Assembly (NCBI RefSeq): GCF_002113885.1 | Contig: NW_018404995.1 | Location: 198,835 to 262,834 of the forward strand | Reading direction: 5' to 3' | DNA: 64,000 bases | DNA from: Mizuhopecten yessoensis | Taxonomy: Eukaryota | Shown here: one piece after another, positions 13,201 through 25,360 of the stretch | How positions within the stretch are numbered: position 1 is the stretch's first letter | Layout of the letters: each line of letters starts with the position of its first letter | The notes under the pieces: model-generated | The model's database searches: none | What the model saw: only the letters and a program-made list of their open reading frames with translations | What the model was told of the DNA's origin: nothing | Program-made: the position numbers and the translations under genes

Positions 13201-16200
13201 GTACCTATGTAGTATACACTGTGATAATCTGTTGTAGATACTACAGTGTGGGGCAGTGTTGTGGTGGTCCACTTTACCCTGTCCTGTACCTATGTAGTAT
13301 ACACTGTGATAATCTGTTGTAGATACTACAGTGTGGGGCAGTGTTGTGGTGGTCCACTTTACCCTGTCCTGTACCTATGTAGTATACACTGTGATAATCT
13401 GTTGTAGATACTACAGTGTGGGGCAGTGTTGTGGTGGTCCACTTTACCCTGTCCTGTACCTATGTAGTATACACTGTGATAATCTGTTGTAGATACTACA
13501 GTGTGGGGCAGTGTTGTGGTGGTCCACTTTACCCTGTCCTGTACCTATGTAGTATACACTGTGATAATCTGTTGTAGATACTACAGTGTGGGGCAGTGTT
13601 GTGGTGGTCCACTTTACCCTGTCCTGTACCTATGTAGTATACACTGTGATAATCTGTTGTAGATACTACAGTGTGGGGCAGTGTTGTGGTGGTCCACTTT
13701 ACCCTGTCCTGTACCTATGTAGTATACACTGTGATAATCTGTTGTAGATACTACAGTGTGGGGCAGTGTTGTGGTGGTCCACTTTACCCTGTCCTGTACC
13801 TATGTAGTATACACTGTGATAATCTGTTGTAGATACTACAGTGTGGGGCAGTGTTGTGGTGGTCCACTTTACCCTGTCCTGTACCTATGTAGTATACACT
13901 GTGATAATCTGTTGTAGATACTACAGTGTGGGGCAGTGTTGTGGTGGTCCACTTTACCCTGTCCTGTACCTATGTAGTATACACTGTGATAATCTGTTGT
14001 AGATACTACAGTGTGGGGCAGTGTTGTGGTGGTCCACTTTACCCTGTCCTGTACCTATGTAGTATACACTGTGATAATCTGTTGTAGATACTACAGTGTG
14101 GGGCAGTGTTGTGGTGGTCCACTTTACCCTGTCCTGTACCTATGTAGTATACACTGTGATAATCTGTTGTAGATACTACAGTGTGGGGCAGTGTTGTGGT
14201 GGTCCACTTTACCCTGTCCTGTACCTATGTAGTATACACTGTGATAATCTGTTGTAGATACTACAGTGTGGGGCAGTGTTGTGGTGGTCCACTTTACCCT
14301 GTCCTGTACCTATGTAGTATACACTGTGATAATCTGTTGTAGATACTACAGTGTGGGGCAGTGTTGTGGTGGTCCACTTTACCCTGTCCTGTACCTATGT
14401 AGTATACACTGTGATAATCTGTTGTAGATACTACAGTGTGGGGCAGTGTTGTGGTGGTCCACTTTACCCTGTCCTGTACCTATGTAGTATACACTGTGAT
14501 AATCTGTTGTAGATACTACAGTGTGGGGCAGTGTTGTGGTGGTCCACTTTACCCTGTCCTGTACCTATGTAGTATACACTGTGATAATCTGTTGTAGATA
14601 CTACAGTGTGGGGCAGTGTTGTGGTGGTCCACTTTACCCTGTCCTGTACCTATGTAGTATACACTGTGATAATCTGTTGTAGATACTACAGTGTGGGGCA
14701 GTGTTGTGGTGGTCCACTTTACCCTGTCCTGTACCTATGTAGTATACACTGTGATAATCTGTTGTAGATACTACAGTGTGGGGCAGTGTTGTGGTGGTCC
14801 ACTTTACCCTGTCCTGTACCTATGTAGTATACACTGTGATAATCTGTTGTAGATACTACAGTGTGGGGCAGTGTTGTGGTGGTCCACTTTACCCTGTCCT
14901 GTACCTATGTAGTATACACTGTGATAATCTGTTGTAGATACTACAGTGTGGGGCAGTGTTGTGGTGGTCCACTTTACCCTGTCCTGTACCTATGTAGTAT
15001 ACACTGTGATAATCTGTTGTAGATACTACAGTGTGGGGCAGTGTTGTGGTGGTCCACTTTACCCTGTCCTGTACCTATGTAGTATACACTGTGATAATCT
15101 GTTGTAGATACTACAGTGTGGGGCAGTGTTGTGGTGGTCCACTTTACCCTGTCCTGTACCTATGTAGTATACACTGTGATAATCTGTTGTAGATACTACA
15201 GTGTGGGGCAGTGTTGTGGTGGTCCACTTTACCCTGTCCTGTACCTATGTAGTATACACTGTGATAATCTGTTGTAGATACTACAGTGTGGGGCAGTGTT
15301 GTGGTGGTCCACTTTACCCTGTCCTGTACCTATGTAGTATACACTGTGATAATCTGTTGTAGATACTACAGTGTGGGGCAGTGTTGTGGTGGTCCACTTT
15401 ACCCTGTCCTGTACCTATGTAGTATACACTGTGATAATCTGTTGTAGATACTACAGTGTGGGGCAGTGTTGTGGTGGTCCACTTTACCCTGTCCTGTACC
15501 TATGTAGTATACACTGTGATAATCTGTTGTAGATACTACAGTGTGGGGCAGTGTTGTGGTGGTCCACTTTACCCTGTCCTGTACCTATGTAGTATACACT
15601 GTGATAATCTGTTGTAGATACTACAGTGTGGGGCAGTGTTGTGGTGGTCCACTTTACCCTGTCCTGTACCTATGTAGTATACACTGTGATAATCTGTTGT
15701 AGATACTACAGTGTGGGGCAGTGTTGTGGTGGTCCACTTTACCCTGTCCTGTACCTATGTAGTATACACTGTGATAATCTGTTGTAGATACTACAGTGTG
15801 GGGCAGTGTTGTGGTGGTCCACTTTACCCTGTCCTGTACCTATGTAGTATACACTGTGATAATCTGTTGTAGATACTACAGTGTGGGGCAGTGTTGTGGT
15901 GGTCCACTTTACCCTGTCCTGTACCTATGTAGTATACACTGTGATAATCTGTTGTAGATACTACAGTGTGGGGCAGTGTTGTGGTGGTCCACTTTACCCT
16001 GTCCTGTACCTATGTAGTATACACTGTGATAATCTGTTGTAGATACTACAGTGTGGGGCAGTGTTGTGGTGGTCCACTTTACCCTGTCCTGTACCTATGT
16101 AGTATACACTGTGATAATCTGTTGTAGATACTACAGTGTGGGGCAGTGTTGTGGTGGTCCACTTTACCCTGTCCTGTACCTATGTAGTATACACTGTGAT

Positions 16201-19200
16201 AATCTGTTGTAGATACTACAGTGTGGGGCAGTGTTGTGGTGGTCCACTTTACCCTGTCCTGTACCTATGTAGTATACACTGTGATAATCTGTTGTAGATA
16301 CTACAGTGTGGGGCAGTGTTGTGGTGGTCCACTTTACCCTGTCCTGTACCTATGTAGTATACACTGTGATAATCTGTTGTAGATACTACAGTGTGGGGCA
16401 GTGTTGTGGTGGTCCACTTTACCCTGTCCTGTACCTATGTAGTATACACTGTGATAATCTGTTGTAGATACTACAGTGTGGGGCAGTGTTGTGGTGGTCC
16501 ACTTTACCCTGTCCTGTGCCTATGTAGTATACATTGTGATAATCTGTTGTAGATACTACATTGTGGGTCAGTGTTGTGGTGGTCCACTTTACCCTGTCCT
16601 TTACCTATGTAAATACACTGTGATAATCTGTTGTAGATACTACAGCGTGGGGCAGTGTTGTGGGGGTCCACTTTACCCTGTCCTGTACCTATCTAGTATA
16701 CACTGTGATAATCTGTTGTAGATACTACAGTGACGGGCAGTGTTGTGGTGGTACACTTTACCCTGTCCTGTGCCTATGTATATACACTGTGATAATCTGT
16801 TGTAGATACTACAGTGTGGGCCAGTGTTGTGGTGGTCCACTTTACCCTGTCCTGTACCTATGTAGTACATGTATGCACTGTGTTAATCTGTTGTAGATAC
16901 TACAGTGTGGGTCAGTGGTGTGGTGGTCCACTTTAGACTGTCCTGTACCTATGTAGTATACACTGTAATAATCTGTTGTAGATACTACAGTGACGGGCAG
17001 TGTTGTGGTGGTACACTTTACCCTGTCCTGTGCCTATGTATATACACTGTGATAATCTGTTGTAGATACTACAGTGTGGGACAGTGTTGTGGTGGTCCAC
17101 TTTACCCTGTCCTTTACCTATGTAAATACACTGTGATAATCTGTTGTAGATACTACAGCGTGGGGCAGTGTTGTGGGGGTCCACTTTACCCTGTCCTGTA
17201 CCTATGTAGTATGCGTTGTGATAATCTGTTGTAGATACTACAGCGTGGGGCAGTGTTGTGGGGGTCCACTTTACCCTGTCCTGTACCTATCTAGTATACA
17301 CTGTGATAATCTGTTGTAGATACTACAGTGTGGGACAGTGTTGTGGTGGTCCACTTTACCCTGTCCTGTACCTATGTAGGATACGTTGTGATAATCTGTT
17401 GTAGATACTACAGTGACGGGAAGTGTTGTGGTGGTCCACTTTACCCTGTCCTGTACCTATGTAGTACATGTATGCACTGTGATAATCTGTTGTAGATACT
17501 ACAGTGTGGGGCAGTGTTGTGGTGGTCCACTTTACCCTGTCCTGTACCTATGTAGTATACGTTGTGATAATCTGTTGTAGATACTACAGTGTGGGGCAGT
17601 GTTGCTGTGATTGATTTCACCCTGTCCTGTGCCTATGCTATATATGCTGTGGTGATTGCACTGGAGGCACTGGGACACCAGGTAGCTAACCCACTACAGC
17701 ATGAGGAGGGCAGGTAACAAAATATGACAGTCACTTTGCTTTTACAGATCATTGATTGGACCAAACTTTTGATACATCATATAACTTCATTGTGGAAATA
17801 TAGGGCTACATATTCCGGTTGAAACGGTACAGGTTCGCAGAAATATTCCACGATAAACGAACTCACTTGGACTGCTCTATAAGCAGAGTTAAAAATGCGC
17901 AGTTTCGGAGAATAAATAACAATGATTCAAAAATATTATGCCCTTCTTTCACGCGTCCACTGAATTACATAATGTATTTCAAAAACAACATGTGGCTTGA
18001 CATTGTTTTAATTAAAATCAATAAATATCCTATTGAGAAACTGATTCAATTGGACTTTGGAAACAAGATTTGTACATGTACTTAAATGATTTAAGTTACA
18101 ACACTTTTAAATGAAACTTAATTTATGTCTCCCATTTCCTTGACAGAGAGATGGGTGGAGTGTTTATAATTATCTTCTGGCTGGGCATAGCTAGGTTCAC
18201 CAATATTGGCAGGTAAGCTCTCTGTCTGTAGTTATCAACATATAAATCAGATTGATTCACCAAGCAGTTTTGTGAGGTTTTTCAAGTGACCTATTCCAAT
18301 CACTTGCCGTCCGTCGTGCATAAACTTTTTACATTATCAACTTCTTCTCAAGAACCAGTGGATGGAATTTTTCAAACTTGGTCAAAATCATCCTTGGTAG
18401 ATGAGGCTACCAAATTGTAAAATTGGGATTCCTACCCCAACCCTAGGGGCCAGGGCGGGTCCCAAAAGGGAAAATTAACCAATATTTCAAAAATCTTCTT
18501 CTCCAGACTCAGAGGTATTACAGTCATTTTCTCTGCATGGATGGAAAGATCATCAGGGGCTTTATTTAAATTGTAAATTACAGGAACCTCAAGCTATCCG
18601 TTCTCCCTTGGGGAGGAGGTTAAGTTTACTATAGTTTATATAGGGAAACAACACTTTTGGGTATATTTTGACAATTTTCTGTTTGAAATTATTCTTACTT
18701 GGTGAGAATTATCCTTGAAGGAAGATGGTTTTAAATTGTAAAATTGGAATTCCTGCCACAACCCTAGGGCCCAGGGCAGGGCCCAAAAGGGAAAATTAGC
18801 CAATATTTCAAAAATCTTCTTCTCCAGACTCAGAGGTATTACAGTAATTTTCTCTGCATGGATGGAAAGATTAATTTTCTCTGCATGGATGGAAAGATCA
18901 TCAGGGGCTTAATTTAAATTGTAAATTTCAGGACCCCCGAGCTATCCATTCTCCCTTGGGGAGGGGGTAAAGTTTACTATAGTTTATATAGGGAAACAAC
19001 ACTTTTGGGTATATTTTGACAATTTTCTGTTGGAAATTATTTTTGCTTAGTGAGAATTGTCCTTGGAGGAGGAAGATGGGTAAAATTGGAATTCCTGCCA
19101 CAACCTTAGGGGCCAGGGCCAGGGCGGGTCCAAAAGGGAAATTTAGCCAATATTTCAAAAATCTTCTTCTCCAGACTCAGAGGTATTACAGTCATTTTCT

Positions 19201-20437
19201 CTGCATGGATGGAAAGATCATCAGGGGCTTTATTTAAATTGTAAATTTCAGGAACCCCGAGCTATCCGTTCTCCCTTGGGGAGGGGGTAAAGTTTACTAT
19301 AGTTTATATAGGGAAACAACACTTTTGGGTATATTTTGACAATTTTCTGTTGGAAATTATTTTTAATTATTGAGAATTATCCTTGGAGGAAGATAGTTTT
19401 AAATTGTAAAATTGGAATTCCTACCCCAACCCTAGGGGCCAGGGCGGGGCCCAAAAGGGAAAATTAACCAATATTTCAAAAATCTTCTTCTCCAGACTCG
19501 GAGGTATTACAGTCATTTTCTCTGCATGGATGGAAAGATCATCACGGGCTTTATTTAAATTGTAAATTTCAGGACCCCCGAGCTATCCGTTCTCCCTTGG
19601 GGAGGGGATAATGTTTACTATAGTTTATATAGGGAAACAACACTTTTGGGTATATTTTGACAATTTTCTTTTGGAAATTATTTTTACTTGGTCAGAATCA
19701 TCTTGTGTGGATGACTGTATCACATTGTTAACATGGAATTCCTGCTAAAGGGTTGGTAAACAGTTCTGATTAAGAATAAACCTAGGCCTGCTAAAGGGTT
19801 GGTAAACAGTTCTGGTTATCCACTAGCGGGGAACAACCTGGACGTTATTGCATTGGTCAGTCTTCTAATTATGGTTTCAAGTAACAATGCCTTGTGACGT
19901 CATGTGGTATTTTGACGTCATGTGGTATTTTGACGTCCTAGTTCATAGTAACTGTTTTCCTGTTAGGTAACAGGAATAATGTATTCCGAAGAGAAATGTA
20001 TGGTTTTCTAGATACAACATCTTGACATTGTGAGAGAGGAAAAAATCACCTAAGCCGTGATGGTTGATTATCATGTTAACCTCTCGTTAGTTAAATTTCA
20101 AATTGTAAATGATACTCGGTAAACCATGTGTCTTCAAAAAAAATGAAAATTAACACACAACAATAAGATAAACATTATAACAAACCACCTCTCCTAGGGG
20201 AACCTCTTTTTACTATGCCTTGATCTGTCAGGAGACTGACTCGTTAAACTATACATATTTGAAGTATAATTTCTATCCTCTAGGCCTGGGACCAGTGTTA
20301 CAAACAAGAACCTGATGAACGCCCTGTTGCTGATGACCATCACGCTGACGCTCCTACCCCTGTTGACTTGGTCACTGTGTTTTGTCAGTGACTGGCACAC
20401 AAAGCTGGCACACTGTAACAATATGTTCAAACAGTGA
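10288..20437 (+). CDS. TMEM220: Transmembrane protein 220. Coding exons 10288-10413, 10705-10734, 10991-11051, 17581-17713, 18147-18212, 20284-20437
   Basis: All introns are GT-AG with consistent phases. Spliced protein ...WQFINIIMTVFFCLAAFVN|LNDDDWFVWV|PGYAVPGLLSLTVAIKPSIA|NTTVWGSVAVIDF...NPLQHEEGR|EMGGVFIIIFW...|...LLPLLTWSLCF...AHCNNMFKQ* matches the TMEM220 hallmarks FF.LAA.VQ.ND.D...W and EEGRE..G. The start could instead be the ATG at 10321. Confidence 0.9.
11660..17660 (+). repeat. 85-bp tandem array, ~70 copies, made of the TMEM220 exon-4 acceptor plus the 5' part of exon 4
   Basis: Unit tgttgtag|atactacagtgtggggcagtgttgtggtggtccactttaccctgtcctgtacctatgtagtatacactgtgataatc. The last AG (17579-17580) is the functional acceptor. 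Confidence 0.95.
18268..19760 (+). mobile_element. HINE/Helentron-like non-autonomous element with ~320-bp internal tandem repeats (~4.5 copies)
   Basis: Monomer 'aaattgtaaaattgg.attcct...ccctagggg...aaaatcttcttctccagactcagagg' at ~18412, 18733, 19081 and 19401, preceded by a ccgtccgtcgt-type leader typical of mollusc HINEs. Confidence 0.6.
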
Positions 20438-20944
20438 CATTCTCTCCAGAAGCTGTGTTCTACACTGAGCATGTGGTCACAATTAAAGTTGTTGTCGCGT
20501 GACCAAAATGTTCCATTCCACTGACAGCTATAATCCTGTCGACCAGCCTCTACAGGACCAGTGTCTGACATAAGCATGTAATTCTGTATACCACCAGTAT
20601 TTAGTCACAGACTCGCACTTTGTGTGAAATTATCATGAAGTCATTGGATTACTAGGATGTGCAATAGATTGTGTATAAACATTGAGGTTTGTAATGTTCC
20701 CATATAAAAGTGTTACTAAGTTATCACCTGATGCCATGTATTTATTAATAAAATTCAGTATAAATGTATTCAGTTATGTCTTATATTGGTTTATACTTCC
20801 ATGGTATAACAAGCAATTCTTTATTTACCAAACTGTACACCTATCTCAGGATATAGGTCACTGTGACATATTTCTTGTACTCTGCACCTCAACAGCGAAG
20901 ACGTACATGCATACCAAATCTGCAGTACAAATAAAAGCACTACT

Positions 20945-23780
20945 AAGTTTGTTCAAATAAATGACCTTCACCCATATTCAAGGTCACAGGGGTCAAATAT
21001 GTTGAAATCTCTAAATATTTTCTTCTGTAAAACCGGAAGGTCCAAAGTGATGATATTTGGTCAGAAGGATGTTGGGATGAAGGGCTACCAAGATTGTTCA
21101 AACAAATGACCTTCACTCATATTCAAGGTCAAAGGAGTCGATTGTCTTAAAAACTTTTTAACAACTTCTTCTGTATAACCAAAAGGTCAAGGGTGATGAT
21201 ATTTGGCCAGAAATATGTTTGCATTCTGGGAAGAAGGGCTATGTTTGATTTTTAAGGTCACAGGTCAAATGTGTTTTAATCTTTTAACAGGTTTTTCTGA
21301 ATGACTTGAAGTCAAGACACCGATATCTTGCCTGTAGCTTTATTTTAGTCCACTTTTAAGGTTACAATTCTGTTTTGTCAATTGTTCCTATAAGCAGTCA
21401 GGTGTGATACTGCACAGAAAATTCCCTTTCACAGTCTGCAGTTTGGATGCTAGTGGAGATAGCTAGCCTTTTATCCTAGCGTGCTACTGGCCAAATATCA
21501 ACATCCTGGGCATTTTGGTTATTCAGAAGAAGTTGTTTAAAGGTTTATTTTGGAAAATTGTTTAGAAGTGAACTTGAATATGAGTGAATGTCATTCATTT
21601 GATCAACTTGGTAGCACTTCATCCAAGTATGCTTCTGGCCAAATATTATCACCCTGGGCCTTCTGGCTGTTCAAAAAAAGTTGTTAAAAGATTTTGAACA
21701 TATTTGATCCTTGTGACCTTGAAAAAAATCAAGGTTATTCATTTGAACAAACTTAGTAGCCCTTCATCCTAGCATGCTACTGGACAAATATCAGCATCCT
21801 GGGCCTTTTGGTTATTCAGAAGAAGCTCTTTGAAGATTTTAAGAAATCGGACCTCAGTGACCTTGAAAGTTAGTCAAGGTCATTCATTTGAACAGAAGTG
21901 GTAGCCCTTCATCCCGGTTTGCTGCACGCTCAATATCAGTATCTGGGGCCTTTTGGTTATTGAAAAGAAGTCTTTTGTAGATTTTGACACATTTGACCCC
22001 TATGACCTTGAAAGTGGGCCAAGATCATTCTTTTGAACAAACTTGGAAGTGCTTCATCCCAACATGCTACAGGCCCAATATCAGTACCCTGGGCCTTTTG
22101 ATTATTGAGAAGAAATTGTTTGAAGATTACATTATAACTCTGTGACCTTGAAAGCTGGTTAAGTTCATTCATTTTAACAAACTTGGTAGCCCTTCATCTC
22201 AGCATGCTACTGGTCAAATATTATAACCCTGGGCCTTCTGGCTGTTCAAAAAAAGTTGTAAAAAGGTTTTGAACATATTTGAGCCTTGTGACCTTGAAAA
22301 AAAATCAAGGTTATTCATTTGAACAAACTTAGTTTCCCTTCATCTCAGCATGCTACTGGCCAAATATCATCACCCTGGGCCTTTTGGTTATAAAGAAGTC
22401 GTTTAAAGATTTTGAACATATTTGACCCCTGTGACCTGAAATATAAGTCAAGGTCATCCATTTAAACAAACCTGGTAGCCCTTCATCCTAGTCTGCTACT
22501 GACTAAATATCAACATCCTGGGCATTTTGGTTATTTAGAAGAAGTCATTTAAAGATTTTTAACATGTTTGATCCCTGTGACCTGAAATATAAGTCAAGGT
22601 CATTCATTTAAACAAACTTGGTAGCCCTTCATTCCAGCATGATACTGACCAAATATCACCACACTGGTCAATTTGCTTATTCATCAGAAGCTGTTTTAAG
22701 ATTTTTTAAGACAATTGACCCCTGGGACCTTGACAATTAGTGAAGGTCATTTATTTGAACAAACTTGGTAGCCCTTCATCCCAGTTTGCTTCTGGCAAAA
22801 TATCATCACCCTAGGTCTTTTGGTTATCAGGGGCGTAACAAACAGGTTTTCAATGTGTAAGCCCAATGATGAAGTGTGCTGCTGAAGGCAACACCCCGAA
22901 GCGAGAGGATGGGGAGGGTATGGGAGGGGGTCTGGGGGGTCTCCCCCATGAGAATTTTGTTTTCTAGAACGCCTGAGACGCATTCTCCCGTGTTCTGGCG
23001 TCAGTTTCAATGGCCATTTTAAAGCAAGAAAATATCGTTTTCCCCTATTATTTTACAAATATTTTGCTTTTTGGGTACGTAGGGATTGGTACTCATCTAC
23101 GCCAATTCTGTTATGGAGTTCGGTAACATTAATATTATTCCACGGAAAAGAAAAATCTAAAATCATGTGGATTTTGGGATAGTTGTTGTAAGAGTGCGAC
23201 GTTTTTCCTCGTGACAGTGACTCCGTTTGCACAGGGATATGAGACTAGTATCACAAGCTAGCACTAGGAATAGTTTAACATTATGTACATAAGAACCGAT
23301 ATACTGGTCAATGTGTAAAATATAAGCCATGGTTGATGACCATTCAATATGTATTTTGTATTAATAAAGGGGATAAAAATCAAAGGAACAGTTTTTTATT
23401 TCACGGTGGGCGGGGGTCTAGTGAGTACTATGTGTATACCAATAATTTGCATAGCTAGACTCGCACTGACACGGTTACCATGTCGAATGATTGAAGCCAG
23501 GCTACCAACCATATTGTTCCCTTTATATGTATAAAAGCGGTAAAAAAATAAGAAACACTTTATTTCACGGGGAAAATTAGAGTTAGTGTTTGGGTACACC
23601 GATAATTAGCAAGGCTAGAGTTTCACTGGCGCGGCTACCACGCCGATTGAATATGCTACCCTCAGTTCTACATTTGCTACATAGGTTGTTACGCGCCTGG
23701 TTATTAAGAAGAAGTTGAAAATATTGACGTGGCTTCACGTCATAAGCTCACTTGGCCCTTTGGGCCAGGTGAGCTAAAAA
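20945..23780 (-). mobile_element. HINE/Helentron-like element with ~145-bp internal repeats (~10 on the minus strand, 2-3 inverted copies at 20945-21300), interrupted by a TIR element
   Basis: The minus-strand 5' end reads TTTTTAGCTCACCTGGCCCAAAGGGCCAAGTGAGCT (hairpin, 23745-23780). The motif 'gtagcccttcatc' or a variant recurs at ~145-bp spacing (21756, 21901, 22186, 22475, 22621, 22768). Confidence 0.7.
22828..23699. mobile_element. 872-bp non-autonomous DNA transposon, 14-bp TIR, 5-bp TSD (hAT5-like)
   Basis: Termini CAGGGGCGTAACAA and TTGTTACGCGCCTG, with GTTAT duplicated at 22823-22827 and 23700-23704. Confidence 0.85.
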
Positions 23781-24039
23781 CAATAAGAACATGATTGGTC
23801 TTTCAAAATCAAATTTAATTAGTAGGGCACTGGCAGTACGTAAAATGTACTGAGCACATATTAATGTTTAATACAGACCAGTTTATAAGACACCCAACAT
23901 ATCACAGGGCTTCAGCATAGGGTAGCATATCTACTACATCACACATACACACTCTGGGTTCACACAGAGATCCTACAACATAGCTTACACAAGGCTCTTT
24001 ACCCACATCACACAGGACAACCATGTTATGTCTTTTTAG

Positions 24040-25360
24040 TTACATCACACAATAAACAGAGGGTTCATTACATTACAATTTATTGAGGGCTCATTGCTGA
24101 CATCACACAGCTTACAGGGCTCATTACTTAGCTCACACATCTTACAAAGAGCTCATTACATTAAAATTTACCATGAGCTTACTGCTAATTGCTTACATCA
24201 CATGGCTTACAGGGCTCATTGCTTACATCACACGGCTTACAGAGAGCTCATAACATTAAAATTTACCATGAGCTTACTGCTGATTGCTTACATCATACAG
24301 CTTACAGGGCTCATTAGTTACATCACACAACTTACATAGAGTTCATCACATTACAGTTTACTGTGGGGTCATCACACAGCTTACAGGGCTCATAACTTCC
24401 ATTAACTGAACGCTCATTAGGTACATGTACATCACACTGCTTACAGGGCTCATAACTTCCATTCACTGAACGCTCATTAGTTACATGTACATCGCACTGC
24501 TTACAGGGCTCATAACTTCCATTAACTGAACGCTCATTAGTTACATGAACATCACACTGCTTACAGGGCTCATAACTTCCATTCACTGAACGCTCATTAG
24601 TTACATGTACATCGCACTGCTTACAGGGCTCATAACTTCCATTCACTGAACGCTCATTAGTTACATGTACATCGCACTGCTTACAGGGCTCATAACTTCC
24701 ATTCACTGAACGCTCATTAGTTACATGTACATCGCACTGCTTACAGGGCTCATAACTTCCATTAACTGAACGCTCATTAGTTAGATGTACATCATACTGC
24801 TTACAGGGCTCATAACTTCCATTAACTGAAAGCTTATTAGTTACATGTACATCATACTGCTTACATGGAGCCCATTACATTGCAGTTACTTACATCACAC
24901 AGCTTACAGGGCTCATAACTTCCATTAACTGAACACTCATTAGTTACATGTACATCACACTGCTTACATGGAGCCCATTACATTGCAGTTACTTACATCA
25001 CACAGCTTACAGGGCTCATAACTTCCATTAACTGAACGCTCATTAGTTACATGTACATCACACTGCTTACAGGGCTCATTACTTCCATTAACTGAACGCT
25101 CATTAGTTACATGAACATCACACTGCTTACAGGGCTCATAACTTCCATTAACTGAACGCTCATTAGTTACATGTACATCACACTGCTTACATGGAGCCCA
25201 TTACATTGCAGTTACTTACATCACACAGCTTACAGGGCTCATAACTTACATCACAGTTTACCAAGGGCTCACCAGTCACAAAACATAGCTTACAGAAAGC
25301 TCAACAGCTTCTTTACACAGCTTACAGAGAGCTCATTACATTTCAGTTTACTGTAGGCTC
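24040..25360. repeat. Complex minisatellite with a 60-bp core unit (~24380-24860) and degenerate flanks
   Basis: Unit ttacagggctcataacttccattcactgaacgctcattagttacatgtacatcgcactgc. Confidence 0.9.

Noticed and set aside
11661-17234. Cys-rich ORFs in the 85-bp array as metallothionein- or keratin-like proteins
   Set aside because: They are frame-cycling translations of the repeat, and the unit is explained by TMEM220 exon 4.
20194-20577. 127-aa minus-strand ORF
   Set aside because: Antisense shadow of the last TMEM220 exon.
24332-24706. 124-aa repetitive ORF with CxxC motifs
   Set aside because: Open frame of a 60-bp minisatellite with no splice or gene context.
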